From: Opitutia bacterium
Lineage (GTDB): Bacteria > Verrucomicrobiota > Verrucomicrobiia > Opitutales > Opitutaceae
Assembly (NCBI GenBank): GCA_016199925.1
Contig: JACQFT010000115.1
Span: 14,250-78,249, forward strand
Direction of reading: 5' to 3'
Length of the DNA: 64,000 bases
Of the stretch, positions 53,001 to 61,288 are shown piece after piece. The notes beneath the pieces are model-generated. The model was given only the letters and a program-made list of their open reading frames with translations. It searched no databases and was not told where the DNA came from. Position 1 is the first letter of the stretch; each line of letters starts with the position of its first letter. Made by a program: the position numbers and the translations under genes.

Positions 53001-54095
53001 ATGAATACAGTTTGTCGGCGTCTCGGACGCTTGTTCTCCGCGGCCGCACTCGCGATTTTTGCGGGCGGCCTCCTCAACCACGCGGCGACCGCCGCCGTCA
53101 CCACGGCCTCGACCACCTACAAAGGGCAGGCGAGCATCGTCGTGATCACCGACAGCACGTCGATCCCCGGCGGCTCCCTGCTGCTGTGCGACACCGGCAT
53201 GCTGCCGAGCACCGGCGGTTCCCTCGAGCAGACCATCTCGGACGTCAACGTCGCCGACGGCGGACTGCTCATCAAGTCGGCGCTCGCGTCGACCGTCGGC
53301 TCCGGCCCGCAGACCGTGTCGGACACGGCGATCACCGGACTGAGCGTGGAACTGATGCCGCCCAACGGCGGCATGTCGTTTGTCACCGCCGATTTTGTCG
53401 GCGGCACGGCGAACGCCACGTGCGATGCGAACGGCAAGGTCACGCTCACCGGCGGCGTGAACATCCAGAACCTCGTCCTCAACGGCCAGCCCGTCACCGT
53501 GACCGGCCAGCCGAACCAGGTCGTCGAGTTTCCCGGCGGCCGGATGATCATCAACGAACAGGCGAGCGATCTCGGTGACGGCACCGGCGAGATTGTCGTG
53601 ACCGCGCTGCACATCGTCGAGGACGGCTGCCTCAACGGCCTCTTCGGCTATGCGCAGGCCGGCATCACCTGCGGCAGCAAGCCCCCGGGCGAGAGCGACT
53701 GCGGCAAACTCACTGGCGGCGGCTGGATCACCGGCACGCCCACCGGTGCGAAAGGCACCTTCGGCGTCAGCGGCGGCATCCGGCGCGGCGAGTTCTGGGG
53801 CCACCTCAACTACATCGACCACGGCACCGGCATGCACGTGCGCTCCACGGCGGTGACCGGCTTCACGGTCGACCCGAACGACGCCGATTGCCGGATCATC
53901 ACCTACAACGTGCTGATCAACGACGCGACGGGCACGGCCACGGTCCGCGCTTGCGACAAAGGCGAACCCGGCCGCGACGACATCTTCGAGATCACGCTCT
54001 CCGACGGTTACCGGGCCGGCGGCGACCTCGGCGGTGCGCGTCCGGGCGGCGGCAACATCCAACTGCACAAGTGCCCTCCCGGTTGGGCGAGATAG
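53001..54095 (+). CDS. Secreted protein of unknown function (beta-rich, two-domain)
   Basis: ATG preceded by AAGGA. Signal peptide MNTVCRRLGRLFSAAALAIFAGGLLNHAATA. Gly/Thr/Val-rich beta-type sequence with conserved Cys pairs. The C-terminal half (CGKLTGGGWI...GTFGVSGG...GHLNYIDHG) resembles domains seen after some 'choice-of-anchor' modules, but this is unverified. Confidence 0.6.
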   Translation: MNTVCRRLGRLFSAAALAIFAGGLLNHAATAAVTTASTTYKGQASIVVITDSTSIPGGSLLLCDTGMLPSTGGSLEQTISDVNVADGGLLIKSALASTVGSGPQTVSDTAITGLSVELMPPNGGMSFVTADFVGGTANATCDANGKVTLTGGVNIQNLVLNGQPVTVTGQPNQVVEFPGGRMIINEQASDLGDGTGEIVVTALHIVEDGCLNGLFGYAQAGITCGSKPPGESDCGKLTGGGWITGTPTGAKGTFGVSGGIRRGEFWGHLNYIDHGTGMHVRSTAVTGFTVDPNDADCRIITYNVLINDATGTATVRACDKGEPGRDDIFEITLSDGYRAGGDLGGARPGGGNIQLHKCPPGWAR

Positions 54096-54214
54096 TTCCG
54101 CGCCGACTCTCCGGCCGTCGGACCGGAGGCGCGCCGTGCCGTCGCGCGCGTCCGGTCACGCGGCCGCTCTGTTCGCTCCGGAGTTCCAGAACCCCCAAAA
54201 CTTGAAAATGCGGA

Positions 54215-54760
54215 ACTAACTCCTTTTTTCGGCCCGCTGCTGCTCGGGCTCGTCGGCCCCCTCCCGCGTGCTGATTTCGTCACTGATTGGAACAACGTCG
54301 CGCTCGACGTGAACGCCCGTTTGTTGGCCCTGCTCAAGCTCGCCGAAGCCGACGCCGCCATCATGCATGGAAACGCAAATACGCGCTCCGCTTCTGGCGG
54401 CCGGTGACGGCGATCCGCGACGCCGACCGCGACGGCCATCCCGACACGCAGCCCGATGCGGCGTGGACGCCGCTGCTGGTCGCGCCGCCGTTCCCGAAAC
54501 ACATCTCCGGGTGCCGCACGTTCAGCGGAGCAACGGCAGCGATGCCGGCCGAAATGTCCGTGACCGATGAAATTTGTTTCACCACCGCGCAAGGTCTGTG
54601 GGAATCGCCGCGAGGTTCTCCGTCGTTCGGTGCGGCCGCGGCCGAGGCCAGCCTGAGCCGCATCTACGGCGGCATCTGTTTCATGTCCGCCAGCCGCAAC
54701 GGACTCGAGTCGGGCGCGGCGCTCGGCCGTTATGTCGCGGACAGTTTTCGCCGGCCCCAT
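54215..54760 (+). pseudogene. Decayed remnant of a PAP2 / vanadium-haloperoxidase-like gene
   Basis: Two frames together give ...DFVTDWNNVALDVNARLLALLKLAEADAAI / AWKRKYALRFWRPVTAIRDADRDGHPDT..WTPLLVAPPFPKHISGCRTFSGA...SRIYGGICFMSA. Family motif order is preserved, but there is no start codon, a frameshift near 54360, a missing central ~150-200 aa, and no stop before the next gene. Confidence 0.6.
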
Positions 54761-54910
54761 CCCGGCTGTTCGCACCGCGGGCATCGCCTGCATGGAGCCG
54801 GACCCCGCTCGCGCCGGGGTGCTTCGCCCCCCGCAGAGCAGGCGTTCACCCAGCGGCGGCGTCCGGCGCGCTGTGCTATTGATGAGGAGGCTCAAACCAC
54901 TCCTTCCACC

Positions 54911-56674
54911 ATGAACGCTCCCACTATTCTCCTTTTGCGTCGCAACAGTTTTCTCGCGCAGACTTTGCTGCATCTCGCCGCCGGTGTGCTGGCACTTTTG
55001 CTTTGCACGGGTGTGTCGGCTCACGCGCAGGAGGCGACCGTTGCGCCTGCTCGGCCGGACCGTCTGCTGGTGAAGCCGCTCGCCGGGGCCGATCTGGCGG
55101 CGCTGAACGCCGCGCTGGGCACGACGACGCTGAATATTTTCCCGGACATCGGCGGCTTGGAAATCGTGCAGTTGCCCGCCGCCGCCAACGCCACCGACCT
55201 GATCGCGGCCTACCGGCAGAGCGGCCTGGTGGAATACGCCGAGCCCGACTACCTCGTGCGCGCCCTCGCCGATCCGAACGATTTTCGCTACTGGGACGGC
55301 ACGCTCTGGGGCCTGCGCAACACCGGCATTTACGGGGGCACGCCCGGTGCCGACATCAAAGCGGCGCAAGGATGGGACGTGCAGAACTCCGCGGCCAGCA
55401 TCATCGTGGCCGTCACCGACACCGGCGCGCGCCTCTCGCACGAAGATCTTGCCGGCAATCTCTGGACCAATCCCGGCGAAAGCGGGCGCACCGTTCTCGG
55501 GCTCGACAAAGGCATGAACGGCATCGACGACGACGGCGACGGTTACGTCGACGACGTGCACGGGATCAACGTGCTGCTCGGCACCGGCCTGCCGGCCGAC
55601 GACTATGGGCACGGCACGCATGTCAGCGGCACGATCGGCGGCGTGGGCAACAATTCCGTCGGCGTGGTCGGCGTCGCCTGGCGCGTCCAGTTGATGGAAT
55701 GCAAGTTCATCGACTCGGCGGGCCACGGCAGCATTTCCGACGCGATCACCTGCCTGAACTACGCGCGGCAGAAAGGTGCGCGCATCGTCAACGCCAGTTG
55801 GGGCGACTACGGTTTCAATTCGACGGCGCTGTATGACGCCATCGACAGCCTGCGGCGGGCGGGGATTCTTTTCGTCGCGGCGTGCGGCAACGACAATACC
55901 GACAACGACGCGCGGCCGCTCTATCCCGCGAGCTACAATCTCGACAACATCATCGCGGTTGCCGCCACCGACCGCACCGACGCCAAAGCGTGGTTCTCGA
56001 ACTACGGCGCGCGCACCGTGCATCTCGGCGCGCCCGGCGCGGGGATTTTCTCCGCGTGGAACGGCTCCGACTCGGACTACCGTTACTACGACGGGACCTC
56101 GATGGCGGCGCCGCAGGTCGCCGGCGCCTGCGCGCTCGTCTGGGCGCATTTCCCGACGGAAAACTACCGGCAGATCCGCAGCCGGATTCTGGCGAGCACC
56201 GATCCGCTGCCGTCCTTGTTCGGGCGGACCGTCACCGGCGGCCGGTTGAATCTCTACCGGGCCCTGACCTCGTCGTCGAACCCGCCGCCGTCGCTGCCGG
56301 TCGTCACGATCGTCGCCAGCGATCCCAATGCCGCGGAGGCCGGCAGCGATCCGGGTGTGTTCACGGTCACGCGCACCGGCAGCACCAAGAATTCGATCAC
56401 GGTCTGTTACGCGCTCGACGGCACCGCGCAAAACGGAACCGATTATCAGACGCTCTCCGGCGCGGTGACGATTCCGGCGGGCGCAAATTCGGCCACCGTC
56501 ACGGTGCGCCCGATCGACGACTCCCAGGTCGAGGGCACCGAGACCGTCGTCGCCACGCTGTCAGCCAACAGCGCCTACGCGGTCGGCTCGGCGGCGCAGG
56601 CGTCCGTGTCCATCGCGGACAACGACAGCAACCCGCCGCCACCGTCCCCGTTGCCCCTGCCGCTGCCGATCTGA
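54911..56674 (+). CDS. Secreted subtilisin-like serine protease (S8) with I9-type propeptide and C-terminal Calx-beta domain
   Basis: Signal peptide from ATG 54911. Propeptide (LLVKPLAG...YAEPDYLV). Catalytic triad contexts VAVTDTG, HGTHVSG, GTSMAAP. Asp-rich insert DDDGDGYVDDVHG. Calx-beta: VFTVTRTGSTKNSITVCYALDGTAQNGTDY..VTIPAGANSATVTV. Confidence 0.92.
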   Translation: MNAPTILLLRRNSFLAQTLLHLAAGVLALLLCTGVSAHAQEATVAPARPDRLLVKPLAGADLAALNAALGTTTLNIFPDIGGLEIVQLPAAANATDLIAAYRQSGLVEYAEPDYLVRALADPNDFRYWDGTLWGLRNTGIYGGTPGADIKAAQGWDVQNSAASIIVAVTDTGARLSHEDLAGNLWTNPGESGRTVLGLDKGMNGIDDDGDGYVDDVHGINVLLGTGLPADDYGHGTHVSGTIGGVGNNSVGVVGVAWRVQLMECKFIDSAGHGSISDAITCLNYARQKGARIVNASWGDYGFNSTALYDAIDSLRRAGILFVAACGNDNTDNDARPLYPASYNLDNIIAVAATDRTDAKAWFSNYGARTVHLGAPGAGIFSAWNGSDSDYRYYDGTSMAAPQVAGACALVWAHFPTENYRQIRSRILASTDPLPSLFGRTVTGGRLNLYRALTSSSNPPPSLPVVTIVASDPNAAEAGSDPGVFTVTRTGSTKNSITVCYALDGTAQNGTDYQTLSGAVTIPAGANSATVTVRPIDDSQVEGTETVVATLSANSAYAVGSAAQASVSIADNDSNPPPPSPLPLPLPI

Positions 56675-56862
56675 CGGTGCGGCGCGTGGCAGATAAAATT
56701 CTCCGTCCGGTCCGATCGTCCGGAAACTGGGGAATGCTTTTCCGGATCGGCGCATTGACGCACCACCCAAGGCGGTGGTTGCCGCCTAGGGAAAGCGGGC
56801 CGTTGCGCGCACCCCGGTGCGCTCCGCGGATCTCAACCAACCAATACACGGAAATCTGCATC

Positions 56863-58264
56863 GTGAACAGAATCCTCCAGGCTACGACTCTCTGCGCGGT
56901 CCGCCGCGTGTTTCGACTGGAAATCACGGCAGTGCTGTTCGGCGCGGTCCTCCTCGCCGCCGCCGACTTACCGCGCCGACCGCGTGCTGGCGCAGCCGAA
57001 ACCCGACGCCGCGGTCACCGAGCTCTACCGCCGCCTCGGCGTCCGGATTCGCGAATCGTTCGACCCAATCGGCCGCTCGCAGGTGCTCGAACTGCCGGCA
57101 AGGGCCGACGTGCCGGAAAGTTTCCGCGCTCTGCGGCGCAGCAATCTCGTCGTCCATGCCGAGCCGGATTGCTTGGTGCACCTGCAGGCGGAGCCGAACG
57201 ACTTCCGCTAATTGGGACGGCTCGCAGTGGGGCCCGCACAACACCGGGCGATACGGCGGCACGCCCGGGGCGGACATCTGAGCGGCGCGAGCGACAACAA
57301 CTCCGTGGGCATCACCGGCGGGCCGCGGCAGGCCCGGCCGATGAACTGCAAGTTCGTCGACGCGCAGGGCCAAGGCTCGCTGTCGGACGCGATCACCGCG
57401 ATGGACCACGCCCGGGCCAAAGGCGCGCGCGTCATCAACGCCGGTTGGGCGACGACGATTTCACTTCCGTCGCCTTGCGCGCCGCCGTGAACTCGCGGCG
57501 CGATGCGGGCGTGCTCTTCGTCGCCGCGCGCGGCAACGACGCCAACGACAACGACGCGCGCCCGCTGTTTCCGGCGAGCCGCGAACACGGCAACGTCGTC
57601 TCGGCCTCCGCCGCCGACCGCACCGACGCCAATGCGTCGTTCTCCCGTTTCGGCGGCACGCCGGTGAAGCTCGGCGCGCCTGGCTCGGCGCGCTGTTCTC
57701 GTGCCGGAACGGCTCCGTCGGCGATTGCCGCGCAGCCGGCGTCCGAGATTGCCGCCGAGACTTTGTGGACCGACGAAATTTTGCCGACCGGAGCCGAACC
57801 GGGCACCGCCGGCGGTGACGAGCGGACGTGGTTCGGCACGAATCCCGCGCCGGGCCCGGACACGCCCGCCCATCTGTCGGCACCGGCGGCGGGGATGCAC
57901 CGACGCTATTTCACCAAAGCAAGGGAAACGCTTTCGGTCTACGTCGACGACACGCGGTTCGCCTGGGTTTAGGCCGATCCGGCGAATTTGCCGCGCGAGA
58001 TCGTGCGCTCGTGGAACGACGGCTGTCGGGAACACTGCGCGTGTTGGAGCGAGGACCACGTTCCTTACGGCGAGAGCGGCGCCGGCAGCCGGCTCGATCT
58101 GGGCGCGCGGCCGCCGGCCGGGGAGCTGGGTGGAATTGCAGGTGCCGGCCGCGGCCCTCGGGCGGAAAGGCGCCCGGGTGCGCGGCGTGAGCTTCATGCT
58201 CGTCGACGGTGCGGCTGCGTGGGACGCCGGCGGGCGCCACTCCGGTCCGCCGGCCGCCCTGTGA
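56863..58264 (+). pseudogene. Decayed S8 protease paralog (multiple frameshifts, in-frame stops and deletions removing all three catalytic regions) with a different, also decayed, C-terminal domain
   Basis: Homologous pieces are scattered over three frames: signal/propeptide (VNRILQ..., YRADRVLAQPKPDAAV..., AEPDCLVHLQAEPNDFR then TAA); WDGSQWGPHNTGRYGGTPGADI then TGA; NNSVGITGG..MNCKFVDAQGQGSLSDAI..ARVINAGW; DDFTSVALRAAVNSRRDAGVLFVAARGNDANDNDARPLFPAS...LGAPGS. The D, H and S triad contexts are absent. The tail (..WVELQVPAAALG..VSFMLVDGAAAWD) is also frameshifted. Confidence 0.8.
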
Positions 58265-58353
58265 TCTGCCCGCGCCCACGTTGTCCTACAACGCCGCGCG
58301 CGACCGACAGGTCGAGGCGCGGCGGTTGCTGGGGCGCAACGCCGGGCCGATTC

Positions 58354-58373
58354 GGGTTTTCACCCAGTCGTGG
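58354..58373 (+). promoter_or_regulatory. Weaker copy of the recurrent upstream motif (GGGT-TTTC-ACCC-AGTCGTGG)
   Basis: A 4-bp palindrome with an NTTC spacer, similar to 11345..11358 (GGTTTTCACCCAGT versus GGGTCTTCACCCAC). It lies about 85 nt upstream of ATG 58458. Confidence 0.25.
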
Positions 58374-58457
58374 AATCCGCGCCGGTCCGGTAACTTTTCT
58401 CCGCCTCGCGCCACCGCGAAAAATCCCGCGCGCGGGGCACCAACTTCCAACCCTCAC

Positions 58458-61106
58458 ATGAAATCCCTTCGACCGACCGTTTCTCCCGCCAACCGAATTC
58501 CCGAAGCGCGCCTGCTCCGTCTGATCCTCCCGACGCTGTTCGCTATTCTTCTCTGGGCCGCGCCTTCGCCCGTCGCGGCCGTCCAGTTGATCGGCACGGC
58601 GGCGGCCGATTACCGGGCCGACCGCGTGCTCGTGCGGCCGAAACCCGGCGTCGATCTCGGCGTGTTGAGTCTGCCGCTCGGCATCACGCTCATCCGGCAG
58701 TTTCCCGACCTCGGCAATCTGCAGGTCCTGCATCTTCCCCCGGGCACGCCGGTGCTGTCGGTCGTTTCTTATTACCGGCAAAGCGGTCTCGTCGACTACG
58801 CCGAGCCCGACTATCTCGTGCACCTGCTGCGCACCCCGAATGATTTCCGCTACTTTGACGGCTCGCTCTGGGGGCTGCACAACACGGGCAATCTCGGCGG
58901 CAAAGCCGGGGCCGATATCAAAGCTCCGGACGCGTGGGACCTCCAGAACACGGCGGACGGAATCGTCGTCGCCGTCGTGGACACCGGCGTGCGGCTCACG
59001 CACGAGGACGTGGCGGCGAACCTGTGGACAAACCCGGGCGAGACCGGCCGCGATGCACAGGGCCTCGACAAGGCGACGAACGGGATTGACGACGACGGCG
59101 ACGGCTACGTCGACGATGTGCACGGCATCAACACGCTCACCGGCAGCGGCGACCCGTCGGACGACTTCGGTCACGGCACGCACGTCAACGGCATCATCGG
59201 CGGCGTGGGCAACAACTCCGTGGGCGTCGTCGGCGTGGCTTGGCGCGTGCAGTTGATGAACTGCAAATTCATCGACGCGCAGGGCAACGGTTCGATCTCC
59301 GACGCGGTCACCTGCATCGATTACGCCCGGAGCAAGGGCGCCCGCACCATCAACGCCAGTTGGGGCTCCACCGATTTTCAGTCCGCCGCCCTCCGCGATG
59401 CGATCGCCGGGGCGCGCGACGCGGGCATTCTCTTCGTGGCGGCGGCGGGAAACTCCCACGGCGACAACGACGCCAATCCGCTTTATCCGGCGAGCTACGA
59501 CCTCGACAACATCGTCTCCGTCGCCTCCACCAACCGGCAGGACAATCTCTCGTTCTTCTCCAACTTCGGAGCGACGACCGTCGACCTCGCGGCTCCCGGC
59601 GAAGATATCTTCTCGTGCTGGAACGGCAGCGACAGCGACTACGAATACGCCAGCGGAACGTCGATGGCCGCCGGTTTTGTTTCCGGGGCCGCCGCCATCC
59701 TGATGGCGCATTCCCCGGGCGACAACTACGCGGCGATCAAGCGAAGCATCCTCGAAGGAGTCGAGCCGTTGCCGGCCCTGCAGGGCCGCGTCGCGAGCGG
59801 AGGCCGGCTCGATCTTTTCGCCTCGCTGGGTGCGGGCGGGCCGCCGCCGCCGACCGTGCCGGCTGCGCCGAGCAACATGGGCGCGACCGCGACCTCGTCG
59901 AGCGCGATCAACCTGCGGTGGTCCGACAACGCCGACAATGAAGACGGGTTCCGAATCGAACGTTCGACCGACAATTCGAACTTCACCGAGATCGCGACCG
60001 TCAACGCAAACGCCACCAGCTACACCGACAACGGCCTGAGCGCGTCGACGAGATATTACTACCGCGTGCGGGCGTTCAACTCCGCCGGCAACTCCGACTT
60101 CTCCAACACCGCGGACGCGACGACGCAGGAAACTCCGCCGCAACCGCCGACCGTGCCGGCCGCGCCGAGCAACCTGGGCGCGACCGCGACCTCGTCGAGC
60201 GCGATCAATCTGCGCTGGTCCGACAACTCGGACAACGAAGACGGCTTCAGAGTCGAACGTTCGACGAACAACTCGAACTTCACCGAGATCGCGACCGTCG
60301 GCGCGAACGCCACCAGCTACACCGACAACGGCCTGAGCGCGTCGACGAGATATTTCTACCGCGTGCGCGCGTTCAACACCGCCGGCAACTCCGACTTCTC
60401 CAACACCGCGGACGCGACGACGCAGGAAACTCCGCCGCCGCCGCCGACCGTGCCAGCCGCGCCGAGCAACCTGGGCGCGACCGCAACGTCGTCGAGCGCG
60501 ATCAATCTGCGCTGGTCCGACAACGCCGACAACGAAGACGGCTTCCGAATCGAACGCTCGACGAACAACGCGAACTTCACCGAGTTCGCGACCGTCGGCG
60601 CGAACGCCACCAGCTACACCGACAACGGCCTGAGCGCGTCGACGACATATTACTACCGCGTGCGGGCGTTCAACTCCGTCGGCAACTCCGGTTACTCGAA
60701 CACCGCGAGCGCGGCGACGCAGGCTCCGCCGCCGCCGCCGGAAATCGCGACCGTCACGGTGTTCGCCACCGGGCTGATCGCCAATGAGGCGGGAACGAGT
60801 CCGGGTGAATTCACCATCCGCCGCTCTGGCAGCACGGCCGCAGAGTTGAACGTGCAGTATTCCATGGGCGGCACGGCCGGCAACGGGCGCGACTACCAGA
60901 CGCTGAGCGGACTGGTCACGATTCCCGCCGGGGCGGCCTCGGTCAAAGTGCGGCTCGTGCCGATCGACGACCGCGAGGTCGAAGCCCCGGAACTCGCTGT
61001 GCTGAGCCTCGCCGCGCGCCCGGGCTATCGAGTCGGCACCCCGGGCTCGGCGGCGGTCACGATTCTGGACAACGACTTGCTCGGAATCTCCGGACTCCCC
61101 CTGTAA
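58458..61106 (+). CDS. Secreted subtilisin-like serine protease (S8) with propeptide, three tandem FN3 domains and C-terminal Calx-beta domain
   Basis: Signal peptide from ATG 58458 (LILPTLFAILLWAAPSPVAA). Triad contexts VAVVDTG, HGTHVNG, GTSMAAG. Three 99-aa FN3-like repeats (LRWSDN.DNEDGFR.ERST.N.NFTEIATV.ANATSYTDNGLSASTRY.YRVRAFN). Calx-beta: EFTIRRSGSTAAELNVQYSMGGTAGNGRDY..VTIPAGAASVKV. Confidence 0.92.
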   Translation: MKSLRPTVSPANRIPEARLLRLILPTLFAILLWAAPSPVAAVQLIGTAAADYRADRVLVRPKPGVDLGVLSLPLGITLIRQFPDLGNLQVLHLPPGTPVLSVVSYYRQSGLVDYAEPDYLVHLLRTPNDFRYFDGSLWGLHNTGNLGGKAGADIKAPDAWDLQNTADGIVVAVVDTGVRLTHEDVAANLWTNPGETGRDAQGLDKATNGIDDDGDGYVDDVHGINTLTGSGDPSDDFGHGTHVNGIIGGVGNNSVGVVGVAWRVQLMNCKFIDAQGNGSISDAVTCIDYARSKGARTINASWGSTDFQSAALRDAIAGARDAGILFVAAAGNSHGDNDANPLYPASYDLDNIVSVASTNRQDNLSFFSNFGATTVDLAAPGEDIFSCWNGSDSDYEYASGTSMAAGFVSGAAAILMAHSPGDNYAAIKRSILEGVEPLPALQGRVASGGRLDLFASLGAGGPPPPTVPAAPSNMGATATSSSAINLRWSDNADNEDGFRIERSTDNSNFTEIATVNANATSYTDNGLSASTRYYYRVRAFNSAGNSDFSNTADATTQETPPQPPTVPAAPSNLGATATSSSAINLRWSDNSDNEDGFRVERSTNNSNFTEIATVGANATSYTDNGLSASTRYFYRVRAFNTAGNSDFSNTADATTQETPPPPPTVPAAPSNLGATATSSSAINLRWSDNADNEDGFRIERSTNNANFTEFATVGANATSYTDNGLSASTTYYYRVRAFNSVGNSGYSNTASAATQAPPPPPEIATVTVFATGLIANEAGTSPGEFTIRRSGSTAAELNVQYSMGGTAGNGRDYQTLSGLVTIPAGAASVKVRLVPIDDREVEAPELAVLSLAARPGYRVGTPGSAAVTILDNDLLGISGLPL
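59850..60740 (+). repeat. Three in-frame tandem 297-bp repeats encoding near-identical FN3 domains
   Basis: The unit start CCGACCGTGCC recurs at 59850, 60147 and 60444, an exact 297-bp period. Repeats 1 and 2 differ at about 8 of 99 residues by my count. Confidence 0.9.
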
Positions 61107-61130
61107 GAAAGAAAACCGACCGTTCAATTA

Positions 61131-61194
61131 GGCGCCGGCCCGCCATGGAACCAACCAACCTCGATCATATCCTCCAGCGAGGCGGGCCGGCGCC
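61131..61194. repeat. Perfect 14-bp inverted repeat with 36-nt AT-richer spacer (possible terminator-like stem or protein-binding site)
   Basis: GGCGCCGGCCCGCC (61131..61144) and its exact reverse complement GGCGGGCCGGCGCC (61181..61194), 25 nt after the protease stop. No U-tract follows. Confidence 0.5.
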
Positions 61195-61218
61195 GCTGCG
61201 GGGTTGAACGCGCGATCC

Positions 61219-61240
61219 GTAGGTATTCACCTACTGGGAA
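61219..61240 (+). promoter_or_regulatory. Reference copy of the recurrent upstream palindromic motif (GTAGGT-ATTC-ACCTAC-TGGGAA)
   Basis: Perfect 6-bp palindrome with a 4-nt spacer followed by TGGG, about 50 nt upstream of ATG 61289. Confidence 0.4.
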
Positions 61241-61288
61241 CGGCGCGGAATCGCGCTAAGCTGGGCGGGCCTGCTCGACCCTTCCTCC

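Noticed and set aside
54287-56674. 795-aa ORF suggesting one large protein spanning the haloperoxidase-like region and the S8 protease.
   Set aside because: The first ~208 aa are a decayed gene remnant whose stop has been lost. The protease has its own ATG (54911) and signal peptide, and the N-terminal MEQRRARRER... is not protein-like.
59850-60740. Regularly spaced repeats that might be mistaken for a CRISPR array or satellite. The same applies to the Pro-rich repeats at 10843..11078.
   Set aside because: The period is 297 bp with no unique spacers, and the repeats are in frame and encode FN3 domains. The 10.8-11.1 kb repeats are coding low-complexity linkers. No cas genes are present.
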